From: Octopus sinensis
Lineage: Eukaryota
Assembly: GCF_006345805.1 (NCBI RefSeq)
Contig: NW_021837025.1
Span: 62,001 to 126,000 of the forward strand
Direction of reading: 5' to 3'
Length of the DNA stretch: 64,000 bases
In this document: in pieces, positions 48,269 to 62,815 of the stretch
Position numbering within the stretch: the first letter of the stretch is position 1
Layout: every line of letters begins with the position of its first letter
Program-made: the position numbers and the translations under genes
Notes under the pieces: generated by a model
What the model was told of the DNA's origin: nothing
Databases searched by the model: none
Seen by the model: only the letters and a program-made list of their open reading frames with translations

Positions 48269-49978
48269 TCAACTACTTTTGTACATTTTTATGAGTCTGC
48301 TCGAGTAGTGTCCCCACTTGGCCACCCTCTCATCCACCCCAATTGAGGGACTGTCCTCTCCCACTGACCGGTCCTCCTTGGCCACTGTGTGTACAACTGA
48401 AGAGGACGGGAGACCGTTGGGGGATGTCAAATTATATTCGCTAACCACAGAACGACAGCAGTCGAGAAGGGAGGAGAGCATGTCACTGCACAGGGAAATG
48501 GACAGTCCCCCTTCCTTCGAGGGAGGCCTCACCACCCCCAACGGGAATACCCGACTGTCCGATCTATCCTCCAACACGACTGTCTGTTTCTTAGGGTGTC
48601 TTGTCAGGGTCTGTTGTGCAGTCGACACACAATCCAGTAGTTGGAGATCAATCGAGAAGTCTGCGGCGTATTGGAAAAGGCGGGACAAGTCAGGGGAGTC
48701 ATCCAGCAGACTCACGGCAAGTCCATAAGTCCCGAATCTGCCAGCACGCCCCACTCTGTGCAAATAAGTGGCCGAGTCGTGGGGGATGTCGAGGTTAACC
48801 ACCAAATTAATATTAGCCGAGTCAATTCCCCTCGCCGCCTGAATGAACACGTCAACCAACCACATCAGTCGAAAGCAACACTCGGCACTTGTTGGCCTGC
48901 AAATCCGAAAATGCCTTCAGTCGACTCTTCTGGTCGAGTCCCCCCGAAATGCAGGCGACGGGCAGACTGATGTGTCGCATGTGATTGTGCACACTCTCCA
49001 CTCTACCAGTCAGGAATACGCCTACACTTTCAGATCATTACAAAATATGATTGTCTGCTCGAAATCCAGTCGTCGGAGAATGGATTCGAGTGATCGGGTG
49101 AACTGGGACATGTCTCTGCGTGGCAGAAGGGAGTAGTAATGTCGAATCCCTGCGATGTGTTGGGAGACCAACCAAACAGGGAGGGAGAAGCCTCGTCCAG
49201 ACGGACAAAGGTGGGGGTCTTCATGTACGTGGATATCAACTGTGCCAACGACTGAGGGTAGGTGGCCGACAGGGCTATGATTTGCTTGTTACTTCCAGGC
49301 AGACTCCAAAAAATAGAACTGGACTAAAAAGAAGACAAAACTTGATTTGAGCTCGCAGATTGTCCTCAATCAGTTTGTCCGCCTCGTCGAGAATGAACAG
49401 TCTGATTTTGTCTGTTTTGAGTGTGCCCGACTCGATGAGTTGTTTGACCCTTCCTGAAGTGAGGGAGGACACATACCCGGAGTCCCCACGGCAATGTGGC
49501 ACCCACCGACCTTCTTCTTGTCCCCCGAAAGGGAGAGTCCCCCAATGAAGTACCCCACTTTTATGGCACTGTGACTCCCAATGGACTCGACCACACTGCA
49601 CACCTGCACGGCTATCTCCCTCGTGGGGGTGAGGACCAACACCTCGAATGCACGTGACATAACAACCTGGACATTCCTCAGGGCAGGATTCACTGCTTCG
49701 ATGGCCAGACATGCAAAGACGACAGTCTTCCCAGTCCCTGACTTGGCCTGTACTACCAGATCTGGGAATAGTCAGAATGGGCTGACCGAGGCCACAACGG
49801 CCTAGTGGAATGGCCTTGTACTGGATTGGGGAGGGAGACGTGATTCCGATGTGTGTCAACCCTTTTATGATATTGTCGGGGACGGATAGAGCTTCGAAGT
49901 CTGTTCCATCTTCGCAATAGACATCCCTGGTCCGCTTTATTGGTAGGGACCTAGTGGTACACCACAACACACAAACAT
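48269..49978 (-). CDS. DDX20: DEAD-box helicase DDX20/Gemin3-like
   Basis: [64 protein letters not shown]. Confidence 0.85.
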
Positions 49979-50056
49979 TTGAATTTCAAATAATTATATT
50001 CTCTATTTTAATAAAACTAAATCAACATTTTTAAAACAATATATAAAGCGGCAAAT

Positions 50057-50918
50057 ATGTTTGAATCTTGTGGCAATTCAACAACAAAATTCGGGGACAG
50101 TACCACAGTCATTTACGATGACATAATTTCCACAAAATGTTTACAAATCAAGTCAATCGACATGAAACTACGAAATGCAGTCGATTTGTCTCTCCACTTT
50201 AGATGTGTGAGAAAAGCCACTTGAACATTCAAATGCTGCTTTCCCAAGCCCGTCTGCAGTCCCAAAACGAGCGTATCCGACAAATGGAAGAGGAAATATC
50301 CTCTCTCAGCAATGAGCGAGTATTCAATCCCATTTTACAGAAGGAAGGACTCGGACATTGCCTTGTTCAGCACATGGAAGGACTACCCCTCCCGACAGAT
50401 GAAGAAATGGGGGATAAATTGAGTGTGGAGTGGCCTAATTAATTAGAACGGGAGACAGAACTGATTGACAAGTTGAACAGCATTCTGAGAAGGAACAAAC
50501 AGGCTGTGGCAGGTTTGTGGAGTCAAATGTTGTAGATACTGAACGGATGATTGAGGGGGTTGACCAACAGACCAAGGAGACTGTCTCCATCAGAAAGGAA
50601 ATCACTTTCGACACTGTAGTCCTCAAACTAATTGTTTTGGAGGGCGGTGACCCCTCTGGACTGATAGAACAGTGTTTTGGGGAGTGGGGGGATGAGGGGT
50701 GGTCTCCCCCATCTACTCGGCAGCAGATTGAGGGGACAACTGGGGCGGACTGTATTATGGAGGAGGCGGGTGGAGTAGTAGAGCAGTGCTTTGGGGAGTG
50801 GAGGGACGAGGAATGGTCTCCTCCGACTAATCGGAAGCCAAAACAGAAGAGAAGTGTCACTCGGAAGAGAAAGAAAGCAGTGAATTTGACCACGGCCACA
50901 ATTATCGTTCGTTATTGA
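50057..50918 (+). CDS. Unidentified coiled-coil protein with a duplicated C-terminal motif
   Basis: A continuous frame results from removing GT-AG introns of 23, 21, 24 and 23 nt. EQCFGEWxDExWSPP occurs twice, followed by a basic tail RKPKQKRSVTRKRKK. Confidence 0.55.
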
Positions 50919-51876
50919 GTCATAGTTCAGGGGAATGGCACCACTGCAGTCAATTATTAATCTTTTTTGTTGATTCATCTGTTCTCCATTTAGGTCTCTC
51001 TGTTCGAATACATTACTTTTCAAATAAACCTTTTCAAATTTAAAATTTCTATATTTTTGAAAGTAAAGAAATCGCTCATTCCACTGCTGCCAAACTTGCT
51101 GAGCACTTTCTAATTTATCTATACTTCAGAGGTAATATTTTTATTCAAAAAATTCAAAATATTTTATCATTTCTGATAACTTGAGATTTCTGATAACGCT
51201 GATTTCATTCAGGCTCTCAAAGAGTAGAATAACAAATTAATTTTTGCTTAAAATAATTAAAAAGTGTTACTTTGTTGACTACTATTTTGACGTATTCAAC
51301 CAACTTTCTTATCCGGTAACAACAAAATCCAATGATTGACCAATTGAAGTATACATTTCCGATTTTTTTCTACATTTTACAAAATAAGTCAGTTTGAAAA
51401 AAGAACGAGCTTATTTGGTTCTTTACCTAAGGTGCTCTTATGATGAAGATCTTGTTCTGACATTGGCTCAATCCAACAAATCTGCTTGTTTCCACAGAGA
51501 GTTATCACAATACACTGTTCGGCCCCATCCTTCTAAACTACATTCCATGATGTAATGACATGAGACTTGTCTACATGAGATGATCTTTCTAATTAATTGA
51601 TAAATGTTTATTTCAGTCTTTTAAGTATCAACTTGTTCATCTCAAAAGTTTGTCGTTTTTTTTGAAATGAATTAAAGTTGTGAGCCTTAAAAATTGGGGA
51701 GGAAATTTCGCATTAGCTGATTTTCATTTGTTCATTGCCTGACTTTTTCAAATGTCATTTATTATTTTCAAAATCACAAAATGAACGTAAGAATGAAAGA
51801 TCACATTAGCAAGTGAAAATATTAGACAAAAAAATCACAGAAATCACGATTTCCTTTTCTTCTTTATAGCTTTAGC

Positions 51877-53268
51877 CTACCCTGACAGACCAAACCACAC
51901 CTCAAAAATTTCCCTTAATTTCCGGAAATGAGCAATTTCTTCATTCAGCTCAATACACAGATTATCCAACCGCTGAGACTCCTCTTTATACTTCAATTCC
52001 AGTCGGTTGCACTTCACATTCACCTCGAAATACTGAGAACGGATGTACCTCATCTTCAGTGGCTTTAAATTTGGCATTCTTTTCCTCCAACTGTTTCTCA
52101 AATGCATTTTTGAGAGCCGTCTCCCTGGATTGGTTTTCAGCGATCAGCGCAGCCATTTTGCGAGAGAATATTTGGTGAATACTGCACTTGCGACACCACA
52201 CTACCTTAGACCCCCTTGTTTTGCACATCCAAACTGGAGCATCTGCTTTGTTCTGTAGCATTCAAATAGTTCGTCTGTCGAGTTTATCAAAACGTGCATG
52301 TCCGTCCTCATTATACCTTCCTGCAGGGCAGTCAAGTCGCCGTGTTCGGGGTTTTCCACTACGGCAGTGAGGGAGGACTGTACCCTCGACGACTCCCCAC
52401 GGGTACACTCTCCCCAGGACATTCATGTCTCCCACTCTGCTTGTACTGCCCACCACTGCGAATGGCACAAGATCCTGCATGCTTTATGCACTGGAAGCAA
52501 TACGTTCAGGGAACTGTCCATAAAACTGAAAATTCGAATTTCAGCAGATCTTAGACTGAGTAAGACCGATGATTTGATTTGTTCCAACTCTGGTCTGGTC
52601 AGGGAGTCGCTTTTGGCAATGAGAGGAATCAAGTTAATGCGAGAAGAGAGGGCCTCCATAGCTTTCAAGTCGAAAGAACTGAGTCGGCTACAATAAACAA
52701 CTCACATTTACTTTCTGGTGCATGGAGAAATAAAATAAAGACAGCAATGAATTCTGCAATCTTCCCGTTCGCTGGGATCCTGGTTTGGACTCAGTTCTGT
52801 CTGAAACCACTTTTCGTATTGACTGTCAATGTAATTGACGACATTCGTGTGACTGGACTGTCAGGTCAGTACTGTACTCATCGTAGTAGTCTACAGTCTC
52901 TCCAACGCTCAAATTCAACGTGATCCCCGACTCCTGGAGCTCTGGAGTGATCAGAGACTCACAACCATATGATCTTTTGGAAATGCAGGATTCTTCAGAG
53001 AAAGACGACTGGGAAAGGAAGCTAAAGAGGGAGTTGATGAGAGTTGTCTTCCCTATTCCAGTCGGTCCTTTTAGGTGAGAGCACGCCAATACCTACGCAG
53101 AGGACATTCAAAGTCAACCGTCTTTTGGATGGAAGGAAAGTGGCCTGGTTTGGGTATTCAGAAATGCCGATATATGATGTCGGGACCAATTCCCGAATGT
53201 TCTATTTTGTTAGTTGCTATTTGTGCCTTTATCTCAGGATATTCGACTTGTGATGACAACTCGGACAT
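51877..53268 (-). CDS. Septin, probably SEPT6 group; 3' end approximate
   Basis: LNVLCVGPTGIGKTTL, RIHCCLYFISP, INLIPLIAKSD, PFAVVGS, RVYPWG, VEN.EH, C-terminal coiled coil. Confidence 0.9.
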
Positions 53269-53868
53269 AAGAAACAACAAAACCAACACCGCAAAGTGGT
53301 TATTTATTAATTTGCTGTGCGTGTTACTATTGGTTTGAGTCCTCAATCCTTGTTATGGAGAACAAAAACTTGACCTGATGTACTATTATTTTTGAACTTA
53401 TTGTCCTACTCAAAACCATTCTTGTTTGTTGGTTTTCTATGTAAAATAAACTTATCAAATAAACTGATTAAATAAGCATAATTGATAAATATTCGGAGTC
53501 TGATTTAAATTCAAACTCATTATATTGGTAAAATATTGAGTGGGAGTTTTCTAATTGGTATTTTTACCTTTAGTTCAATAAAAATGGAACAACGAAGGAG
53601 GCATTGCCGAGTGAGGCCAGTGAGTCGGACTTGAAAGGAATCAATGAGGAGGCCAGGCCTATGAAATGGATAAGTGTGCCATTTGCTCTGTCTCAAAGAG
53701 AAGAATCGACTGAACGCAGACGCATTAATTTAAAACAAAGTATTGATATACACATTCTAAGAAACTTTGGTTTTGCTACAGATTTAGATTTCTAGTACGA
53801 TATAAAAATATAGCAATGATTGAAAAGAATGAAGCATTTATATAAAATTAATTTTTCACGTTTTAGAG

Positions 53869-55052
53869 CAGGCATTCTCAACCTTTTTTTGTTCATCGCC
53901 CCCTTAGATATTTTGTCGCCCCCCTTTGAAATTTTATCGCCCCCTTGTCCACCTACAATTTAAAAATTTTTGGGCATTGTCCCTTAATTGGTTGTTTTTT
54001 GTACATAACTTAAAAACCAAAATATAAAATTATAAATCAAATGTAAAAAATTGAATTTTTATTAAAAATTATTAGTGAGACCCTTGATATTGATGTTTAC
54101 TCGCTAAATATTATATGTCGGGTTTAATTCTGCTCAACTTTAGGCGTATATCGCCTCTATAACACACTTCCAGTCTATTTTTTTCACATTGTGTATTATG
54201 ATTGACAAAACTAAATCCACTTTCAACTAAATAAGTGGTAGGGAATGTCAATAGTACATTACTCATTTCCTTCCATAAATTTGGAAATTTCATTTGTAGA
54301 TCTTTTGATTGCCAAAATTTAGAGATACCATCCTGTTGAAATCTGTGAATATATTCTTCATTATATTTCAATTCAATTATCTCTTCTGATTGGATTTCCA
54401 ATAGTTCCATTTGTAAACTTTCATCTGCATTGGAAACATTAAAAGAGAATGATGATGCGAATAATGAAAATTGTTGTTCAAAAGACGAAAAATCATTAAA
54501 TCTTTCTTGAAATTCCTCTAACAACGATTCTAGTTGTCTTTCGTACTGGTAAATAAAACGAACTTCATAACAAAAAATTATGTGACGTGTTCTGAAATTT
54601 CGATTTTCATAAATATTATGATTATCAAGTCATATTAAAATATAAAAGGGCAAATATTAAAAAATTTTAATAGAAATTGATTTGAAAGGAATAAATCGAA
54701 ATAAAATATAAAAATGATGAAATTTCAAACTGTATAATGACAAAATTAAAGTTCATAAGAATAAGAATTATTCCTTCATAATCAATCAATTGAAATAAAC
54801 CAATATAGAAAAACATAAAAACGACAACAAACTAAACTACGTGTATAGCGTGCTCTAAATTATTAGGCTTGCCATTAAAAATATTCTAATTAAACAATTT
54901 TTAAGGTTAGGGCCTGTTTAATAGTGTGCTAATAGTCCACCTCGGATTTTTAATAAATATAAATTTTATTTTTTATTAAATATATTATCGCCCCCCTGTA
55001 CAAAATTATCGCCCCCTTGTACAAAATTTTCGCCCCCGGTTGAGAACACCTG
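53869..55052 (-). mobile_element. hAT (Buster) deletion derivative carrying the transposase C-terminus
   Basis: TIRs CAGGCATTCTCAACC and GGTTGAGAACACCTG with an 8-bp TSD TTTTAGAG (central TA) on both sides. FPNLW..LLTFPTTYLVESGFS dimerisation motif. Confidence 0.95.
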
Positions 55053-55697
55053 TTTTAGAGTATTCTGGACTTAAAATTAGACCCATAGGGTGGATCAATT
55101 AAAATTGAAAAAATTTCATGTTTATTTATTTTCTGAATATTATTCTAAACACAATTCTTATGATATCTATTCGCGCGTCCTCTCAATCAAAGAATTAACA
55201 TCATAAATTCACTTAATTAACACTCGAACTATTGTAAAAAAAAACCCAAAAAAATTCTTATGATTTTCATAAAATCAAGTTTGATTATGTTAAAAATGAG
55301 TAAGTCAGACCTCAAGGACTTTATTGTGAGTGTCTTTTCTTCGTCAAAACTAATCGACACATTGATTGATCAAGTCTGGACAATTCCTTTTTTAATAATC
55401 CTGTACTGAACATCGTCCACGTGCTTGTTGTCGAGTAGTCGACTGTCGGTGGCCATTCTCGTCATAACCCAACATGGAAAGAATCCTGGCGACTACAGTC
55501 GACACTCTATTATCAAGCCTAACCATATTAACAAACATCATTCATATTTCGAAAAATTTGTAAATTAATTAAAGGTCTGATATTTTTTTGGAAAAGGCAT
55601 GTTCGAACCATTGGTCATAACACCTGTTCTTTCCCTTTAAGATTGAGAGCCTGACCTTTTGATTTCTATAAAAGAAAACGAGGATTAATGCAATTTA

Positions 55698-58600
55698 TTA
55701 AATTGATGTAAAGCGTATTAAAAGTTCTGGGGATCTGTATATCATGATGAGTGTGGCAAACAAATACTCCTCCAACTCAAACTCCCCAAAGTCTCGAGCA
55801 TTGGAAATATCAACGCACAATTGTAACAGTCTATCGACATTGGGCAACTCCTGGAACATGATCCGACTGGAGGCTCCCGTGATGTACGTGCGCATAAAAC
55901 GGGAGATTACAATGACAACATATGCATATAACCCAAGGATCCTACAATTATCCCTCCAGTTATACCCATAGTTCGTGAATATTGAATAACTTTAGAAGAA
56001 ATACGCGACGTGAACGTGTTCAGATGCATGACGGAGGACTGGTCTTCCATCCGGACTTGCCACCACTCATCCTCCATCGACTCCGCCATGTAATGATCGA
56101 GGGTGACGTCATTCCACAGAGGACCTGTTCTGACCATCCATGGCGGCGGTCCGCAGTTGTTATTGTCATCAATCACAATGTAGGGAGGGATCAGTTTGGG
56201 AATTGTTCTGCAATATAAGTAACAAGCATACAGAGAAAAGTTGTAACTACCACTCAGGTGGTCTATTAAAAAGTGTCGTTCAGTCGTAGTGAGTTGTTTC
56301 CTGAAGGTGCATCGAGCAATGGAATATCGATTCTTGAGCACATTTCTAGAATAAGACAAATAGGAAAAACCGTTCGATTAATATTTCCACTTCGAACGAG
56401 AGGGGAATGTCCGACTGCAAGTCATGAATCATCGACCTCCGTCCATTAGGATTGATGGTCCAGAAGCAAGTCCTGTTGGTCATGAATATCAATGTGGAAA
56501 TGTCTTCTGGAGAGTACTGCTGAAGGAAGGCTCCGTGCCCGTTTTGAGTCATTTCATGATTCAGTTTAGAGAAGGCGGTCTTAGAAATGGACAGAATCTG
56601 ATCGTCGGAGACTTGAATCCAAGGTTGGAAGTTGGATAGCTTAAACTCCAAGCGTGCCTTGTCGGGAGGGGCGGGATCGTATATATTGGCAGAGAAGAGG
56701 AGCAGAGGGAACCAGACAACGACAATAATAAAGATGATGAGGAGTCCACCAGTAAAGAACTTGTAGAGATTTCCCAGGACTTGTCCAGAAAGTTGGACGA
56801 ACCTCTGAAAATGACAGGAAAACTGACCTTCTCTTGAGTGCGATAACACTTGATTACAAAAGCTTCCTGATTGATATTCTGTATCTGAATCCACGAATAC
56901 AGTGCCAAGGACGTTTTAGTGAGTGCCCAGTCCATGGTGAGGATGATCTCGTGGAGGAAGGGGACCAACATGTACCTACCCATCACTCAGAGGACTACAG
57001 TTTGTACAACACCAAGGACAGATAGTTGTGATGTTTCGTAAACCATATCTTGAGCACTCTCCGCGGGTAGTTTGCTCGAATTTGCAAAGCCGAGATGTAG
57101 AAATATGCGCATTTGAGGACATACCACGCCATCGCCGGCATGTTTTCCGTGATCGGACTGCCAATGAGGGGAGGACTGACGTTTGGGTGGTTATTGGAAG
57201 AGCCACGAAAATCCACACATGGACAGCAAGAACGAGGACGACGTAGAAGATCATTTTGTGGAGAATTGACTTGTTGACGTATATCACTCTGTCCACCACA
57301 ATCAACAGGAATTCGACAATGAGGAGTCCCAGAAACGACATTGGCACTCTGTTCGAGAGAATGTACTGCTGTACTGCCGTGTGGTTCTCGGAGACACTGA
57401 ATCCCCAATAACCAAATATCGACACGGCGAACGTCAGGAAGTCAAAAAAGAACATTTGAGTGTACACATCGCGAGTATCGGGGACTGCCGAGTTGGCAAT
57501 GTGTGTGTACACCGATTGCAAAAGCCTACACATCAGTCCTCCCAATACCTGCTGCTCCAACTGGTCTGCGCTGCCAACGGGGATGGCAAATCTTCCGGAT
57601 TCTCGCCAATGTCCCTCTCAGATGACACATCTGCCGGGCTCTCGCCGTTCTCGGGGGACGTGTCCGGAGCTGAGGACCAGAGACCAGTGTGCTGGAATTA
57701 GACAAAGACCAACTTGGAGTCCCAGTTTGTGGAAGAGAAGTGCAAATATCAACACAAAGTCGAATGCAACAAACCCATGCAGAGTGTCATGATTGAGAGA
57801 AATTGACTGGCAATAAATCCACTCGGGATCCACAAGACCGGCCAGCAGAAAGTATTTGAGCACAAACTTGAACCCGACGAGTGCCTGCCCAATGACCGAG
57901 ATGATTACAGTGCTGATGAACATGGCCATCTGCCAGAACCGGACAGTGGGACGAGGCGACTTGAGTAGTCCGTAGAGAAGAAGGAGGAGTGTCAGAGGCA
58001 GAGAAAAGGGGAGAGGGTTGATTAGTTGGTTTATCACTATCAGAAGAAAGCACAGACCTTGTGTCTGAGCAAACAGCACACGAATAACCAACATCAAAGT
58101 CATCGACACCAAAGCTCGACTCCTACAAAACTTGTTGCATAAACCAACTCAAAAAAACTCTCATCCTGACCAATACTCTCTCCACTGTCAGACTGTGCTT
58201 GGTAGTCAGGACAGTATTTGGTAAACTTGACATTACTGAGAATAATACTCTCTCTTGTTTCTCCCTGTAGACTTGGTCGTCAAAGGAGCATGGGAGGAGT
58301 ACGCAATTGGAATATTCCATGCAGAACACTCGCACTTTCCATATCCACTTGTCCATGAATTTCTAATTAATCAATGTCGGCAAACCTTCCCCCACTTTTC
58401 TCTCACAGGACAATCATCGGTTGAGGATCCCCCGAGTCTCCTGGAAATCAGAAACTCGACAAATTCGACGTTCCATGATCTCACGGCTACTCGAATTATT
58501 CGGGAGGCGGACCGTCGTAGTGACTCATCCTCTCCCCGTCGGATGGTTTGTGGACATTCTCCCGGATGTTTTGTATGTTTTCCTTTATTTCAAGAAATGC

Positions 58601-61600
58601 CATGTCGGACTTGAGATTTTCCCTGCATTTTACATCTCTCCGCATTTGCTGGATCAGCAGGAACTGCCTAGGAATATTGAACACGCAATATGCCTGTGGG
58701 CGAGAGGAGCACTGACACTTTGGTGGAATGCCAGAGTGGAGAAAGACCGCGAACGATACACTTGGCGCTGGAAACAGAGGATAACAAAGGAGAGAAGGTC
58801 ACACAGGCAGGTCGTGACTAAGCAATAGGGCAGGAATGTACAGTTGACAATTCTCAATCTGAGCAGTTCATGGAAAATGGAGAACTTGTCGTGCAAACAC
58901 AGGAAACTGGCCTATTTGTAGTGAAAAGAAATGTACCAGCAAAATGACTTTAACAAGAGTGACCCCAAAGACCACGGAAATTAAATAATTCCACCTACGA
59001 CGTAAAAAGAGGACTTACTTTCGCACGAGATTGTGAGTGTGGATATTAGGGGAATAGAAGAGTATCAGAGTGAAGGAGGAAATGAGGTAAACGAGGGAGA
59101 TGAGAGACAGGTCGACGAAGCAAGTCACGAGGATGGAGAGCAACACAAGCATGGACTGGCAATGAGGAAGGCGCACTTTGTGTAGTCAAACACACTCCTG
59201 CAAATATATTCACTGAGGAACCGCTTGTTGGCCACAAAGTCGTGGTTCTGGGAAATATCAGCTAAATCATCATTGATTCGCGTCTGTGAAGTAAAGACTC
59301 TCCTGTGCTTCCTCACTATCGAGTCCTGGAAAGCAAAGAACAGCCAACAGAAAGCATCGACTAGCAATAGAGGACTAACCAAACCATATAGTCGGTAGGA
59401 CTGACTGGCGTGTTGATATGAGGGGAGTAGCAGCCAGTCCTGAATGGAAGCCGACAGTCCACTCCAGGGATAGTCTGTGACCATCAGCCAGCACAACAAC
59501 CAAGACAGACCAGTGGAGGGAGTCCGGAGAGAGACAGGACGTTGTACACCATAGCACATGACAAAACATACATCCACACTCGCCAGCAGCGGGAGAGCAC
59601 ATCTCCTTGACAGAATGTGAGGAAGGGCAGCACGAGAATGTACAAGACAGACATCATATCCCGGTGGAGGTATATGTTCAGACATACGAGACATTGACAA
59701 CACTAAAATAAGGTCGAGTTCTCACAAATAGCCCGTGTTTCAGAAAAAAGAATTCGACAGTAAACTTGCACGCGTCAGTAAAAGAGTTGCAGGTCAAGTC
59801 AATGTGGAGATTGTCGAAAACCCGCGTCTTCTTAGGCCAATGAGCGACTTTGCGACGGAAATTGAAGAACGCCTGGAGAGTGGCCACAAAAATAATAAGT
59901 AGATCGGCCTGCGATGATAAGAGGGGGCGAACCGGGAGACGAGCACCCCCTTTGGATAGACCAAACCAGGAGGCAGTGTTATTGTTGAAGTTTGGAAAGT
60001 GGTGGAGGTTCTGCAAAGAGACAAAAAAATTACCGGGCAGTACTGGATGAACAGATTTTCATCGACAAAGGGAATGGAGTAAATAAACTTGATTAAAGTT
60101 ATAGACATTGCCCAAAACATGAGGACCATCCCCAAATATTTGTCGAGTTTGTGAAAATGAAAGTACCCAATGACTACGACAATGTACGACAGGCTCAGAG
60201 GGGAGTGCTTGAGAGTTGTCTCAATGACTAACCTCGTAGCACGAAACAATGACTGCACTTACAATCACCAACGAATTTATGTGGAACTTGACGAATAAGT
60301 ATAATGACTGTGACAGTTTGACAATCTGACTCCCCGTCCATCTGAAACATCGCGTCACTGTCCAATGAGAGCAAACTCCTAACCAAGTCCCACGTTTCCA
60401 GAGGGGACAGTCTCTGCTTTGAAAGTAGTGGGTGGGAGTCTTGGAGTATTCCACACATCAAACCTGGTGATGAATTCGACGAAATCGCGATTGCATTTGT
60501 AAATTTGTACAAACAGCGCGAGGATAGAAATGGAGGGCATCAGCAGAATAAAAGAAATGTCTCCAAACTGACTGCCGCTGTCCAACCCAATGCCCCGGAG
60601 AGTACGAATGCTCAGTCCGGAGGCAATACTCCAGTATGTCAGGAACCCCGAAAATTGGCACGTGTATAAAAGAATGGTGACCATTATTGAGAAAATAGTG
60701 TAGAACCACCAAAAGAACGAGAGCGAGTTGACCCAAAAGGCGGGGGCAGCCTGCAAACCTCGCGACCAATCAAATAACCCTGAAGACGTAGAGAAATCCC
60801 ATAACAAAGAGCAAATAGAGTAGACAGACTGCAGTGGAGTGAGGATAGTAGGCAGTGGACAGCAAAATGAGGATTGTCACACACGGCCAGAGACGGGAGA
60901 CCACTCCGAGTATATCTACAAGTAAAGGGGACAAATTACCTGCTGGCAATGGAGAGAATTGTTAATCCGAGTGGCCTGGCCTGTCAGAATGGGTGCCCCA
61001 CTGGCCAACACCCGTTTGGACAGACGAGCCGACAATGCAAATATAAACACACAAACGAGCTGGGAATAAGACTGGCCGCAAACCTGCGTCATCACGGCAA
61101 ACGAAGCATATTCGTAGCGAATGAAACCGATCTGGATAAGACTGCCAGTCGTAGTGTTGCCAAAGGCAGGCCACCCCCCGGCCAAATTGGACGTGTAAGT
61201 CACCCCCACAAACACGAACGAGAGGGAGACAACAAACTTGGAAATGACCGCGTACGACCGAGCATTTTTGCATGCAATAAAATCCATAAGAAGGAAGAAA
61301 AGTGCAAGCCAGCTATGATAGAGCACTCCAAGCAACTGGGAGGTGACAAAAGGAGAGTACAAGCATTGTTATGAGGGAGACCAAATGGAAGTGTTCGGAC
61401 ATGAATTCTTTGAGAAGGAGGAATCTGGAATGCACGTATTCGTAAAATCGTCGTCCTCGCCCGACCACTCGCCGAGGCTGACTCTCCGAATAAAAGTTAG
61501 CAGAGGAGAATGAGAAGGACGCGATTAGGTTGAGGACTGGAAGTATTGCGATGTAGAGATAACTCGACCACTGAACTGGGAGGCCGATGAACTTGGTAGG

Positions 61601-62481
61601 CCGCACACACTCATATCGGAAGAAGAGAGGGGGAGCGAACAGTCTACGTAAGAAGAGGACTGTACTTGAGTATTCCGCCACCGGTCAGTCCGCAGTGTGT
61701 TCATGTTCCACAAATATGTTACAATTGTCAGCAAAATTGTGTAAAAATAGAGGAAACGGGAAATTTTGCAGAAACGGAGGACTGTCATTTTGTGGTGAAA
61801 TGCAATCATGAAGGCCATCCAGAAAATGGTCAAAATGAAGGGAATGGCAGTCAGACAGATGTGGCGGACACGCAGACAACCAGAGAGAACAGTGTGAGGT
61901 AGTTCGCCATTATTAGCCGTCCTTTCAACAGACACCTCCCCGAGACCGAACTCGAGGACCTTTCTGTCTCAACTGAGGTCGACCGTGGATCAGAATAAGT
62001 CCGAGAATGCAGAACGAAGGCTGCAGTGAATAAACACACCAGAAAGTCAAAAATGAACACCCTCAGGACATCTCCCAGGGACGAGTGAGACAGCCTACAT
62101 ACACACTCCACTATACTCGTAGAATCCCAAGTCCGACACGACCACGTCCAGTTTGGAGCCTACATCTAATCCAGGCAGTACATTTTTCGAAGAAATAATC
62201 TTCCCGGAAATAGAGAACGACGTAGAAGGTCATGTGGCACACCAGTGATGTGCATGAGAATGCGGTCAGAAGATTCATCAGCCACAGTTTGTGTACTTTG
62301 TTGGTGCTGTTGAATAATATAAATGTCCATGCGCAGAATGCGACGAGATAGACCGTGTTTATGTAATTGAATCGGAAAAAGAAAGCTGTGGGGTCATCAG
62401 AAAATAGAAACCTAGGAAGAGTGAAATAACTGAAAGTCCTTCGAGTATTGTGGACTTTAACTTGTGAGTGACATTAGGCAT
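55698..62481 (-). CDS. PIEZO: Piezo mechanosensitive channel, many micro-introns
   Basis: N-terminal FFRFNYINTVYL; YMLVPFLHEIILTMDWALTKTSLALYSW; C-terminal IMFQELPNVDRLLQLC.DI..AR..GEFELEE.LFA.LI.IYRSPE. Confidence 0.95.
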
Positions 62482-62617
62482 GACTATCTATTTTATTTAT
62501 TTAAAATGTTACATTTATTAGATAAGGCAATTTATTTTAAATAAATTCATTTTTTTTAAATTGAATTTTTTTATGAACTAATAATAAATTAATAGTTAAT
62601 CAGAAACTAAGCAGATC

Positions 62618-62815
62618 TCACTCCAGCTCGCTGATATCCACTCTCCTTCTCTTGGAAGAAGAGTCTACTTCCAGCTGCCTCTTACTCCCCACTACCACAT
62701 CTGATTCAACCATTGCATCTTCTTTAGCATTCATTGGGTCGTCTTCATTTTTGCATACCATCTCCACATACCGGTTGAAAGCAGAAGCGTATTCTTCACC
62801 AGATACCTTCTACAC
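62618..62815 (-). pseudogene. 3' tail of an R4-like retroelement, diverged copy
   Basis: KVSGEEYASAFN...DSSSKRRR matches KVDNEEYASAAN...NSSSKRRR at 63400-63560, also at the DNA level (CTCTTCTTCCAAG). Confidence 0.55.

Noticed and set aside
53584-53795. Small gene with a CxxC motif upstream of the septin
   Set aside because: The micro-intron combinations I tried ended in early stops, and there is no family match.
55360-55520. GC-richer island downstream of Piezo
   Set aside because: The open frames are under 60 codons with no motif or supported splice sites.
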